A stretch of DNA of 63,526 bases, from positions 1 through 63,526 of the forward strand of contig JAOAEV010000008.1 in assembly GCA_026416585.1 (NCBI GenBank). Reading direction: 5' to 3'. A model generated the notes under the pieces. The model was not told the origin of the DNA. It searched no databases and worked only from the letters and a program-made list of their open reading frames with translations. This DNA comes from Chlorobiota bacterium. GTDB lineage: Bacteria; Bacteroidota; Ignavibacteria; Kapaibacteriales; NICIL-2. Shown here piece after piece: positions 38,747-48,342 of this stretch (position 1 is the stretch's first letter; the number at the start of each line of letters is the position of its first letter). Both the position numbers and the translations under genes were made by a program.

Positions 38747-39607
38747 ATGCGTTACGTTATCATCGGAGTACTACATTGCACAATACTTTCGACAACGGCT
38801 GCTATTGCAGGTAGTGCTGATTCATCGTCAATTGCATACAACTGCGCCCTTATTACCGCACAGCGATGGCACGAAAAAACGTTTGGTGCTCTTGTGGCGA
38901 TGGTCGCCCAACTGTTTATTGGCAAGCCATATGTAGCAGGCACGCTCGACACATCATCTGTCGAGCAATGCCGTTTCACTGCTGATGGTTTCGACTGTGT
39001 CACCCTTGTCGAAAGTGCATTGGCTCTGGCGCGTGTTGCAGAGCGTCGGGAGTGTACTTACGAACGTTTCCTACACGAACTCCAGCGGATTCGGTATCGT
39101 GGTGGCAAACTTGATGGCTATCTGTCGCGGTTGCACTACACCAGCGAGTGGATCAGTGACAACTACTCCAAAGGTATAGTCGAAAATATCACCGACCGAG
39201 TGGGAGGTCAGCCCATACGCAAGACACTCGATTTTATGAGCACTCACCCGCATTTGTATCGGCAATTGCGCGATAGCAGTGCGCTCGTTCCGCGGCTTGC
39301 ATTGATCGAACGCCGCTTGTCGCGCCGTCCACTCTATATCGTACCAACAGCACGTATTACTGCGGCGTCGGCGAAAATCCAATCCGGCGATATTATCGCG
39401 ATTGCGACCTCGAAGCCCGGTCTTGATTACACTCACGTCGGAATTGCACTCCGTTCACAAGGCAAGCTCGGACTGATTCATGCTTCATCGAAATCGGGCA
39501 AGGTTTTTTTCGAGCAGAGCTTGGAGGACTACGTTCGCAGTTATCCCAACGCAATTGGTATTACAGTTGCACGTCCGCTGGCGTCTCCCGTGACACCGTC
39601 ACGCTAA
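38747..39607 (+). CDS. DUF1460 family NlpC/P60-like peptidoglycan amidase
   Basis: PYVAGTLD, FDCVTLVE (catalytic Cys), RYRGG...RLHY, GLDYTHVG, IHASS. Confidence 0.88.
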   Translation: MRYVIIGVLHCTILSTTAAIAGSADSSSIAYNCALITAQRWHEKTFGALVAMVAQLFIGKPYVAGTLDTSSVEQCRFTADGFDCVTLVESALALARVAERRECTYERFLHELQRIRYRGGKLDGYLSRLHYTSEWISDNYSKGIVENITDRVGGQPIRKTLDFMSTHPHLYRQLRDSSALVPRLALIERRLSRRPLYIVPTARITAASAKIQSGDIIAIATSKPGLDYTHVGIALRSQGKLGLIHASSKSGKVFFEQSLEDYVRSYPNAIGITVARPLASPVTPSR

Positions 39608-39612
39608 ATGCA

Positions 39613-39855
39613 CTACAGGACACGCTCCACACGGATTGCAGGATCGATGGCACGGCGCAGTAGGCGCTCGATTCCCACACGCAGCGTCAGCGTTACTGCA
39701 TCGCACCGCTGGCAGGCTCCACCAAGTCGAACGCGGACGATGTTGCCGACCAGCTCGACAAGTTCGAACGTCCCACCATGCAGTTCAACATACGGTACCA
39801 CATCTCGCTGGAGAATTTGACGTAACGTCTCAAGATTGAACGCAGGAGGACTCAT
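39613..39855 (-). CDS. NifU/NfuA C-terminal domain protein
   Basis: PYVELHGG...VRLGGACQRC...TLRVGIE; start moved to ATG 39855. Confidence 0.85.
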   Translation of the reverse strand: MSPPAFNLETLRQILQRDVVPYVELHGGTFELVELVGNIVRVRLGGACQRCDAVTLTLRVGIERLLRRAIDPAIRVERVL

Positions 39856-39897
39856 GTATAACCAGCTGACAAAACACGCTGCTAAATTGCACAGATT

Positions 39898-40722
39898 ATG
39901 AACGAACGAATCGCACAACCAGCGTACGATATTCCCCTGTTGAACCAATCAGCGGAACGTATCGCTTGTGCGTGTCCTCAACAACCAACGATGTGCATTA
40001 TTGCTGGCTCAGGGCTTGCTAATGCCTTCGAGCACGCAACAGTCATTGCTCGCATTCCCTATCATGAACTTCCGTGCTTACCGCAAGCAGGGATCGCAGG
40101 GCATCGAAACGAGGTACTCATCACTGATATCGGCGGAAATGTTACCGTCGTCTTCGCCGGTCGTTTTCATGTGTATGAGGGATATTCGCCATTGCTGATT
40201 ACAATCCCGGTTGCACTGGCAGCACGCCTCGGTGTGCACGCTCTCATTGCTACAAATGCAGCCGGAGGATTGCATACTCGACTGCGCGTTGGCGATCTTG
40301 TCATTGCCGATAGTATCGTCAATATGACCTATCGCTCGTTGACATCCTCCGCACGCGGGAATGCAATTGAGCTATGCTCACCATGGAGATCACGAACAAT
40401 CGAGCATGCAATCATACGAGGCCTTCCAATCCAGGAAGGCACATACGTTGCCGTCCATGGACCGAGCTATGAAACACTGGCTGAAGTGCGATTCTATCGC
40501 CGAGTCGGCGACACTATCGGAATGTCAACGGTGCATGAAATTGAAGCAGCTGCGCTCTTGGATTTGCAGCCGCTTGTGGTCAGCGTTGTCACAAACGTGT
40601 TGACCGACGTGCCGCGCCGACACCCACTGACACACCACGAAGTATTAGCTGCTTCTCAAGAATCTGGTTCGCGACTGCGGCAACTGATTGAAATTGCCAT
40701 TACAACATTCGATGCACGATGA
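39898..40722 (+). CDS. punA: Purine nucleoside phosphorylase (trimeric type)
   Basis: GSGL, GRFHVYEGY, TNAAGG, GPSYET.AE, GMSTV.E, VTN. Confidence 0.88.
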   Translation: MNERIAQPAYDIPLLNQSAERIACACPQQPTMCIIAGSGLANAFEHATVIARIPYHELPCLPQAGIAGHRNEVLITDIGGNVTVVFAGRFHVYEGYSPLLITIPVALAARLGVHALIATNAAGGLHTRLRVGDLVIADSIVNMTYRSLTSSARGNAIELCSPWRSRTIEHAIIRGLPIQEGTYVAVHGPSYETLAEVRFYRRVGDTIGMSTVHEIEAAALLDLQPLVVSVVTNVLTDVPRRHPLTHHEVLAASQESGSRLRQLIEIAITTFDAR

Positions 40723-41378
40723 GCATAGATTGGATTGTGCTTGGACTGGGCAATCCCGGCACTGAGTATGCAGCCACGCGGCATAACATTGGCTATCGCG
40801 TAGCCGAAACATTCGTCGCACGACGTGGTGGCACGTTTTCCCCCGCTGAGGGTCCGTGGCTCGAAGCAACGGTTCGATATGCACGACAAGAATTTGCCGT
40901 CGCACTTCCGACAACGTACATGAATCGTTCGGGGATCGCAGCACGAAAGCTGCTTGCACGATATAGCACAGCGCCTGACCACCTCATTGCCATTGTTGAC
41001 GAGTACAATTTTCCTGTCGGACGGATTCATTTGAAATTCGGTGGCTCTGATGGAGGACACAATGGCATCGCATCACTGATCGAGGAACTCGGCACAGATC
41101 GTTTTTGGCGGCTTCGCTGCGGGATCGGACGCGATTTTGGGCCCGGCGAACTGAGTGACTATGTGCTCTCACCCTTTCCTCCCGACGAGCATCCCCTTGT
41201 CGATGCAATGATTGCCAATGCTGTCGAGGCTCTTGAGCGTATTGCCAAATCAGGCATAGCCCGCGCAGCATCAGAAGTCAACGCTGCATCGAAGACACAG
41301 TTACACCAGCGAACGAGCAATACTCACGGCTTGCGTGGTACAACAGACGATGTATCGGGAATTGATGGCATCGGCTGA
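40719..41378 (+). CDS. pth: Peptidyl-tRNA hydrolase
   Basis: GLGNPG.EY..TRHNIG, TYMNRSG, GGHNG, RLRCGIG, YVLSPF. Confidence 0.96.
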   Translation: MSIDWIVLGLGNPGTEYAATRHNIGYRVAETFVARRGGTFSPAEGPWLEATVRYARQEFAVALPTTYMNRSGIAARKLLARYSTAPDHLIAIVDEYNFPVGRIHLKFGGSDGGHNGIASLIEELGTDRFWRLRCGIGRDFGPGELSDYVLSPFPPDEHPLVDAMIANAVEALERIAKSGIARAASEVNAASKTQLHQRTSNTHGLRGTTDDVSGIDGIG

Positions 41379-43372
41379 GGCACGAGCAACGGATCAGGCG
41401 ACGGTGCAATTCCACCCGGTGGTGGAATCACACCGCTCGACGGAGGAACAGACGGCTGTTTGAATCCGGGTACTTGCACTCCCGGCACTGAGGATGGCGG
41501 TGCCTCTGGCGAAGGCTGTACTGCAGGACCTGACGGCGATTGCTCCTGCCCACCTTTCCACCATGGCGGTGGTGCTCCTTCGCGTTTGATCGTCGCAAAT
41601 GCAACACTTCGTGAAATATCTTTAGCGTACTCGCTGGTCGGATAGTAGCGCACCAGCCGCGTGTAGTAATACAGGGCGCTGTCGTTATTATGAAGATCGT
41701 TTTCCCACGTCCATCCAATCAAGTAAAGTGCCCGTGGTGCATAAGGGGTGTTTGGATAGTGTTCGGCAACCTTACTGAGCTGGGAAAGAGCCAGACGGAA
41801 GTTCTGAGCGCGCCGTAGATGCTCACCGCTCGAGAGTAATTCTGCTGCAGTATCAGCAATCGCGTAATCGGTAAAACCAAGTCGCTGTTTGGCTTCGCGA
41901 CCATAGTCAGTGAATGGATATTGCTCAAAAACGATCATCAAAAGTGAATCAGCAACACGCGGCTGACGAATCTCTTCCAATCGAGCGAGTGCGTAAAGGT
42001 ATTGAGCACGTGCAGAATCACTCAGTGATGCCTCTTCAATGGCACTACGGTACCAGTACGCAGCACTATCGGAATTCCCAAGCTCCTGGTGTGTGCGACC
42101 GAGTTCGAACTGTGTGTATGCACGAACTCGACGTGTACTGTCGTCAGTTGACAATGCCATTTGGGTCAATTGCTGCAATTTTTGTACGCGAATGTTGAGC
42201 AGATCAAACAGTCGTTTTGCACCGTCAAACACTGGTGAACGCCGTACACGAGCTGTTGCGAAATACTTGATCGCCTTGTCATACTCTTTGGTACGGAAGT
42301 ACTCCAGTCCTCGCTCGAAATTGGCAACTAAAATCGCATCGCTGGCTGTTGCTTGCTGTGTGCTAATTCGTTCGAGCGAATCTAACTCAGCAGTGCGTTG
42401 TGCCAGACGCAGCAGTTCCATTCTCGCACCGGTGATGTAGCCTGCCTTGACATAGTCATCGAAGCGACGTTGCGATTCCAGATCGTCAAGGAGCTTTTCT
42501 GCTTCTGCAAAACGCCCCCGGCGGGACAGTGATAGTGCGCGATAGTATCGGCACTCAAACAGACGGAGGTTATCAGGCGAATACTCTTCGACGATTGCGA
42601 GTTCACGCTCTGCAGCATCGTAGCGACCGAGGCGATACAGTAGCAATCCCATATCCACCTGCCAAATGGCACGCTGCGACTCATCGGGGCATTGTGCAAC
42701 CGCTTGCCGATACGGTCGAACAGCACGGTCCAAATTCCCCTGCTCGATTGCCAGTTCTGCCTGCAATCGGAATGCCTCCGAAAGAACGTCATACCGAAGT
42801 CGCTCCCATGCGATGTCCACTGTTCGCGAGAGCATTTGCTCGGCCTTCGGCAGGTTACGCTGAATCAAGTAGTTCTTCGCCGACAGCAAATGCGCATCCG
42901 GTGAATAGCTGCTTTGAGGAAATTGGACAATGAGTTCTTGGCACTTGATGTTCGATGGTAACCACTCGCTGCGATAGAAGTATGCCATTGCCATCGCATA
43001 GAGGGTACCATCAACAAAGTCGCTTTGACCGTGCGTGGCAAGAATTTTTGACCCCTTGATAATGATAGAATCAACCTTTACACGGACCGGCTGAAGTTTG
43101 TTCGTTTTGATGACCAGTTGATCGAGGTATGCTGGCAGTGCACCTACAGCAGGCCGCTCAAGCACAATGTCAGGCTCGAGTGGCACGACAACGCGAGGCT
43201 TGGGAGGTTTGGCAAATTCATCGTGGTAACGGAACTCGTCGGTAATCTCTGTTTCGAGTCGCTTGATGTTGTAATAAGTGTTGAAGTACGTGGTCGTGTT
43301 GTCCCACAGGCGGCAACCCGCTAACAGCACGATTGCCAACAATAGCATAACTGATCGGTACACTTTACTCAT
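41324..43372 (-). CDS. TPR-repeat lipoprotein, SprE/PorW-like
   Basis: LLAGC lipobox, TTYFNTYYN, IIKGSK, many TPRs, Pro-rich C-terminal tail; start moved to ATG 43372. Confidence 0.75.
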   Translation of the reverse strand: MSKVYRSVMLLLAIVLLAGCRLWDNTTTYFNTYYNIKRLETEITDEFRYHDEFAKPPKPRVVVPLEPDIVLERPAVGALPAYLDQLVIKTNKLQPVRVKVDSIIIKGSKILATHGQSDFVDGTLYAMAMAYFYRSEWLPSNIKCQELIVQFPQSSYSPDAHLLSAKNYLIQRNLPKAEQMLSRTVDIAWERLRYDVLSEAFRLQAELAIEQGNLDRAVRPYRQAVAQCPDESQRAIWQVDMGLLLYRLGRYDAAERELAIVEEYSPDNLRLFECRYYRALSLSRRGRFAEAEKLLDDLESQRRFDDYVKAGYITGARMELLRLAQRTAELDSLERISTQQATASDAILVANFERGLEYFRTKEYDKAIKYFATARVRRSPVFDGAKRLFDLLNIRVQKLQQLTQMALSTDDSTRRVRAYTQFELGRTHQELGNSDSAAYWYRSAIEEASLSDSARAQYLYALARLEEIRQPRVADSLLMIVFEQYPFTDYGREAKQRLGFTDYAIADTAAELLSSGEHLRRAQNFRLALSQLSKVAEHYPNTPYAPRALYLIGWTWENDLHNNDSALYYYTRLVRYYPTSEYAKDISRSVAFATIKREGAPPPWWKGGQEQSPSGPAVQPSPEAPPSSVPGVQVPGFKQPSVPPSSGVIPPPGGIAPSPDPLLVPQPMPSIPDTSSVVPRKP

Positions 43373-44381
43373 CGTCGCCTTGGAAGTACGTGATAGCGCG
43401 CTGATCGAACGTTCCGCTTTGACGCTCGTTCCGCTGGCGGATTTCACGTTCAAGTTTATCAGCCAAATGGCGTGCGGCGTTATAGCCGTAGGTTCGCAGC
43501 AAGTAATTGAGCGCAATCACCTCGGCAATGACGGTAATGTTCTTACCAGGAAAGATTGGCAGCTTTACTGACGAAATCGGGATACCAAGGATTTCGACCG
43601 TTGAGTCATCTAATCCAACACGCTCATAATTGGCGTCAGCATCCCAATCCTCAAGTTCGACGACGATCTCTAAGCGTTTTTGGTATCGAATTGCGCGGAT
43701 GCCAAACATTTGCCGGACGTCAATGATTCCAAGTCCGCGCACCTCCACCATGTGTTCAATAAGCGAGCTACCGGTACCCATCAGAATGGCGTCGCGCTTT
43801 CGCGTGAGAATAACGACGTCGTCCGCGACGAGTCGATGCCCACGTTCGACCAAGTCAAGCGCGATCTCGCTCTTGCCAATACCGCTGCGACCGACAAATA
43901 GAACACCGACTCCATACACATCAACGAGGGAGCCATGGACTACTACATGCGGCGCGAACTGATCGCCAAGAAACTCCGAGAGAATGTGTACCGTGCGTGT
44001 TGTTTCGTGTGCTGTCTGCAGTAAAGCTACATTGTACTCCGATGCCAGCTCACAGAGCTCTCGGTCGATCTCGTGACTATTGGTCAAGATAATCGCTGGC
44101 ACTCTCCGCTCAACAATGCCACGAAAGGCGCGCACACGATCGCTTGTACCAAGCGAACGAAGGTAATACACTTCCGTATTCCCCATCACCTGGAGGCGAT
44201 GGCTGGTGAATAGCTCCAGAAATCCTGCCAAAGCAAGTTGCGGACGATGGACATTTTCGTCGGTGATGAGATTCTCCCACCCGACAGTATCATTGAGCGC
44301 AACCAATTGCAGGGGCGCTTGCAGGAGCGTTCGCACCGCAACTGCGTCTTTTCGTATTGGCTGTAAGTCGGCAACGTTCAT
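43365..44381 (-). CDS. hprK: HPr kinase/phosphorylase
   Basis: HGSLVDVYGVG, GRSGIGKSE, RGHRLVADD, EVRGLGII. Confidence 0.96.
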   Translation of the reverse strand: MNVADLQPIRKDAVAVRTLLQAPLQLVALNDTVGWENLITDENVHRPQLALAGFLELFTSHRLQVMGNTEVYYLRSLGTSDRVRAFRGIVERRVPAIILTNSHEIDRELCELASEYNVALLQTAHETTRTVHILSEFLGDQFAPHVVVHGSLVDVYGVGVLFVGRSGIGKSEIALDLVERGHRLVADDVVILTRKRDAILMGTGSSLIEHMVEVRGLGIIDVRQMFGIRAIRYQKRLEIVVELEDWDADANYERVGLDDSTVEILGIPISSVKLPIFPGKNITVIAEVIALNYLLRTYGYNAARHLADKLEREIRQRNERQSGTFDQRAITYFQGDDE

Positions 44382-44407
44382 CGCTTGAGCCTAGCGTCGG
44401 ACGACCG

Positions 44408-44415
44408 CAAACTTA
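44408..44415 (-). promoter_or_regulatory. -7 promoter element upstream of hprK
   Basis: TAAGTTTG on the minus strand. Confidence 0.55.
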
Positions 44416-44452
44416 TCTATACGACGATCGGTCGCGACAACAGTTGTAGGAA

Positions 44453-45172
44453 TTACACTCCGCGACGTGTAGGTTCCCAAATGAATTTGTGCAACTGTAG
44501 CTGCAACCGAACCGGCAGCTGGTCAGCAAGTATCCACTCGGCTAACTGATCGGGAGGCAACAGACCAAATGCGGGCGAAAACAGCACTGCAGCAACTCGA
44601 TCCGTAACGCAATGACGCTCGATGAAGTGACAAGCCCACTGGTAATCTCTACGGCTTGCGATGACGAATTTGACTTCATCTTGCCGACGGAGGAGCTCAA
44701 CGTTTTTTTCCCAATTCAGCGGCGACATTCGTGAGTCAGGACACTTGACATCAACAATACAGATCGCGCGATCATCAACATGCTCGATCGAAATATGCCC
44801 GCCGGTTTCGATTGCAACGGTATAGCCATGATCGCACAGCCATTGCACGAGACGAAATGTTCCCAACTGCTCCAGAGGCTCTCCGCCCGTTAACTCGACA
44901 AACTGTGAACCATATGTAGCCACGCGATCAAGTATTTCTGCGGCTGTCAGCGCCAAGTCAGGCGTGCGCCGATCGAGTGCATAAGGGGTGTCGCACCATG
45001 CGCAGCGAAGAGAGCACCCCTGTACCCGCACGAATACACACGGCATACCCGCACGTGTCCCTTCACCCTGAATCGAGTGGAAAATCTCGCTCAGGTATAG
45101 TGTGACTTGGGCTGGGTCGCTGGAGAGCGCAGCAATCGCCTCAGCAGTAGGCTGGAGAAATTTTGCCATCAA
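44453..45172 (-). CDS. queE: 7-carboxy-7-deazaguanine synthase (radical SAM)
   Basis: EIFHSIQGEG, CSLRCAWCDT, TGGEPL, QLHKFIW. Confidence 0.92.
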   Translation of the reverse strand: MMAKFLQPTAEAIAALSSDPAQVTLYLSEIFHSIQGEGTRAGMPCVFVRVQGCSLRCAWCDTPYALDRRTPDLALTAAEILDRVATYGSQFVELTGGEPLEQLGTFRLVQWLCDHGYTVAIETGGHISIEHVDDRAICIVDVKCPDSRMSPLNWEKNVELLRRQDEVKFVIASRRDYQWACHFIERHCVTDRVAAVLFSPAFGLLPPDQLAEWILADQLPVRLQLQLHKFIWEPTRRGV

Positions 45173-45180
45173 CCAACAGC

Positions 45181-47238
45181 TTAGTAAGAAAGCAACTGCT
45201 CAATGGCACCCGCAATGCGTTCGGCTGTCGGGACGACCGCTGCCATCAATGCTTTGTTGTAGGGTATCGGCACATCGGGTGGTGCCAAGCGCATTACTGG
45301 AGCGTCAAGAAGCGAGAATGCTTCTTCGGTGATTGTTGCACTAATCTCCGCTCCGAAGCCACACGTGATGGTGTCTTCATGCACAATCAGGCAACGACCG
45401 GTTTTCGCAACCGATTCGAGCACCATTTCTTTGTCCCATGGACGAATTGTTCGCAAGTCTATGACTTCGATCGAGACGCGGAGCTGACGAACTGCCTCCA
45501 GCGATTGATACACCATGTCGCCCCATGTGACGATCGTCGCAGCAGTGCCCTCAAGCACACGGTATGCCTCCCCGAACGGTACAATGAAGTCATCACCTGG
45601 ATAGGGTGTTCGCGCCGGTGCGGTATCAAGCAAGTTCCGATGTTCAAGAAACACAACCGGATCGTTTGCATACAGCGAGGATCGAAGCAGCCCTGCTGCA
45701 TCACGCGCATTCGAGGGAAAGGCAACGATCCATCCAATCGTATGCGCGAAGATCGCTTCACCGGAGACACTGTGCCAGGGATCGCCTGTACGTTTGCTGT
45801 AACCGACAGGAATGCGCACAATAATCGGGGCAGCAAATTGATTATTTGTCCGCCAGCGAATAGTACCACAGTCGTTGAACTGCTCCATCGCCGGGTCAAG
45901 ATATTTGCGAAACTGAATTTCGGGCACTGGGACAAGCCCAGCCAATGCCATCCCGACCGAGCGCCCGATGATACCTTCTTCCGACAGTGATGTATCGAAA
46001 ACGCGATCGGAACCGAACTGCCGTTGCAGGTCCATCGTTGCACCATGTACCCCACCTTTTATGCCGACGTCTTCACCGAAAACCAACACGCGCCGATTAC
46101 GCTCAAGTTCCGACGCAAGCGTACGACGCACAGCTTCGATGAAATTGACGCGATGCCCTTCCACGCTCGGCTTTAGTGTAAACGTTTGTCGTGGAGGTTC
46201 AACTGCCCACTGACCACCTACCTGCTGGATGGTCGAGCCATCGAAGAACACGTAACGTGTCACTGACGATGGATCCGGTTCTGGCTCAGCTAATGCCGCT
46301 TCGCAAGCGGAACGAACTTCATGTTCGACCGATTCAGCAAGTTCTTTCCACTGCTGAGCCGAGAGACTCCCGGCCCGTTGAAGAAAGTTTCGCAGGCGTG
46401 GAAGTGGATCGCGTTCTTCTTCGTCGGTACGTTCTTCAGCGGTTTTATACGATTGATTGTCTGCGCCAGAATGGCCACACAGACGTGGAACACGCGCACG
46501 AAGCAATACAGGTTTGCCTTTTGTACGTGCTGTTCGAATTGCTTCCTCGACAGTCTCTGCTGCGGCAGCAGGATCAGCACCATCGCAATCGAGAACAACA
46601 AGATTCCGGAACGATCGCAAATTATTGGCAATGTTACCACCAGGCGTTTGCAATTCCGATCGAACCGAGATACCAAACCCATTGTCCTCGATAACCATGA
46701 CCAGCGGCAGTTTTAGTGTCGTGGCAACGGTGAGGGCTGACCAAAACCCGTTCGTAGCAACCGAACCATCACCGCCAAGCGCAACAGCGACAGCTCCTTC
46801 CCACTTTGACTCACCAAGCACCTGCACATAGTAGCGGATCGCTTGGGCCCATCCAGCGGCTGGTGTGTATTGCGCACCGACGTCCCCAGAGGCTGGCAGT
46901 ACGGTCACGTTTCTGCGAGGCACCAAGTTGTGCACCACACCAATATCGCGCCCACCGTTACGACTGCCGCTTCGGGCAAGCGGACCGCTGAAGGCTTCCT
47001 GGTACGTCATCCCAGCGTGTAGCACAAACGGTCGTGAGCGATAGTATACTGTAGCTGCATCGTGGGGATGCACAAGTTGTTCAGCCACAAGTGCCTGAAT
47101 CAACTCATGTCCCTTTGCGGAAAACTGATATGTGACCAGTCCTTTCGGCGCAAGTTCTCGCTCTTCGATCTCGTCAATGCGTCGTGATGCGAGAACAGTT
47201 CTTGCTATCGAGCGCCATGCCTCAGATGATAGTGCCAT
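45181..47238 (-). CDS. Fused E1 alpha/beta 2-oxoacid dehydrogenase (probably branched-chain type)
   Basis: ThDP motif GDGS...EDN, GHSGAD, GEDVG.KGGV, EIQF, IDLRT; single ORF. Confidence 0.88.
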   Translation of the reverse strand: MALSSEAWRSIARTVLASRRIDEIEERELAPKGLVTYQFSAKGHELIQALVAEQLVHPHDAATVYYRSRPFVLHAGMTYQEAFSGPLARSGSRNGGRDIGVVHNLVPRRNVTVLPASGDVGAQYTPAAGWAQAIRYYVQVLGESKWEGAVAVALGGDGSVATNGFWSALTVATTLKLPLVMVIEDNGFGISVRSELQTPGGNIANNLRSFRNLVVLDCDGADPAAAAETVEEAIRTARTKGKPVLLRARVPRLCGHSGADNQSYKTAEERTDEEERDPLPRLRNFLQRAGSLSAQQWKELAESVEHEVRSACEAALAEPEPDPSSVTRYVFFDGSTIQQVGGQWAVEPPRQTFTLKPSVEGHRVNFIEAVRRTLASELERNRRVLVFGEDVGIKGGVHGATMDLQRQFGSDRVFDTSLSEEGIIGRSVGMALAGLVPVPEIQFRKYLDPAMEQFNDCGTIRWRTNNQFAAPIIVRIPVGYSKRTGDPWHSVSGEAIFAHTIGWIVAFPSNARDAAGLLRSSLYANDPVVFLEHRNLLDTAPARTPYPGDDFIVPFGEAYRVLEGTAATIVTWGDMVYQSLEAVRQLRVSIEVIDLRTIRPWDKEMVLESVAKTGRCLIVHEDTITCGFGAEISATITEEAFSLLDAPVMRLAPPDVPIPYNKALMAAVVPTAERIAGAIEQLLSY

Positions 47239-47266
47239 CAGTTGATTGTCAAATCGTTTGCAGGTT

Positions 47267-47274
47267 GCAAATTA
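47267..47274 (-). promoter_or_regulatory. -7 promoter element upstream of the E1 gene
   Basis: TAATTTGC on the minus strand, overlapping the palindrome TTTGCA-GGT-TGCAAA (47257-47271). Confidence 0.45.
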
Positions 47275-47354
47275 CGCCACATCCTCTCTGCGGTCGTGGG
47301 ATTGATTATACGTTTCGTAGTTTCACATCGTCTCAATATTCAAAGGTTTCATCC

Positions 47355-48305
47355 ATGATGAAACATGTTATTGCAGTCTTGCTCAGCGTCAGTGCGGTTG
47401 CTGTTCGTAGCCAATTCCTCGCGCCCTTCACTGCTGCCGAAGGCATGCAATCAGCAACACAGACAGCACAGCAAGCAGGAATAGTATCCGCAGGAATTGA
47501 TGCGATTTATACCACCGGCGACACATCACTGTTAGCACAAGTTGGCGGTAGCCTTGGGGGGGCCTTGTCGCTTTCGTTCAACTTCGACCGTGGGACCAAT
47601 ACCGTGTGGCTGTATTCGGTGCGTGGTAAAACACAGAACAATCGCGACACGGCTATCATATATGCAGTCATCAAACTTGTGGCGTTCTATCAGGCATTTC
47701 CTATGTTCGGTGTGCCGGGATTAGGACAGCTCGAGCAAATGCGGGGTGAAGCAGCGCTTCCAGCAACGTTCATGAACAGTAATCTCATGGTGCGAAAACT
47801 TGCAGAGGACTCAACTTTTCGCGCATTTCGGCAAAATCATCCACGTGCAATCTTGCTCGGTGCGAGTTTAGCTTCGATTCGTCTATCTCCAACGAGTCAG
47901 CCAGCCCCTGTGTGGTCGGTTTTACTCGGCGGAGGCACACTCATAGAACCAACACCCCCGACTCTCAACTGTTTCGTCGAAGCAGGTGATACCAGTGGCA
48001 CAGCACGCTGTTTTGAAGTACCCATCGCGTCGGTCACATCCGGGCAGGAGCAAGACTGGACGCTCTCTCCAACCCCAGCAACAGATGTCGTTAGCGTGCA
48101 TGTGCCATTTGAAGAATTGCTCTATCCAGCAACGATCGAAATCCGTTCGCTTTGTGGAGATCTTGTAATGTCGCATGCGCTGACGACAATCAGTGCATCT
48201 AACGCGATATCCATTCCTGTTTCGTCTCTTCCCAGCGGAATGTATCTGCTGCGCTATCGCAGCAAACGAACTGTCCGTACGCTACCATTGTTTGTTTCAC
48301 GGTAG
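47355..48305 (+). CDS. Secreted protein with T9SS type A C-terminal sorting domain
   Basis: Signal peptide; CTD pattern LSPTPATD...IEIRSLCG...LPSGMYLLR; passenger domain not recognised. Confidence 0.75.
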   Translation: MMKHVIAVLLSVSAVAVRSQFLAPFTAAEGMQSATQTAQQAGIVSAGIDAIYTTGDTSLLAQVGGSLGGALSLSFNFDRGTNTVWLYSVRGKTQNNRDTAIIYAVIKLVAFYQAFPMFGVPGLGQLEQMRGEAALPATFMNSNLMVRKLAEDSTFRAFRQNHPRAILLGASLASIRLSPTSQPAPVWSVLLGGGTLIEPTPPTLNCFVEAGDTSGTARCFEVPIASVTSGQEQDWTLSPTPATDVVSVHVPFEELLYPATIEIRSLCGDLVMSHALTTISASNAISIPVSSLPSGMYLLRYRSKRTVRTLPLFVSR

Positions 48306-48342
48306 CACCATGTGTTGAACTAATTCGAGCGTATCGGCATCC

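Noticed and set aside
12389-45172. folE, PTPS and queE as a 7-deazaguanine DNA modification (dpd) system
   Set aside because: The genes are dispersed among housekeeping loci, with no dpdA/tgt-like or queC gene in the window
45163-45990. 275-aa plus-strand ORF
   Set aside because: Antisense shadow of the well-supported E1 gene; no recognisable motifs
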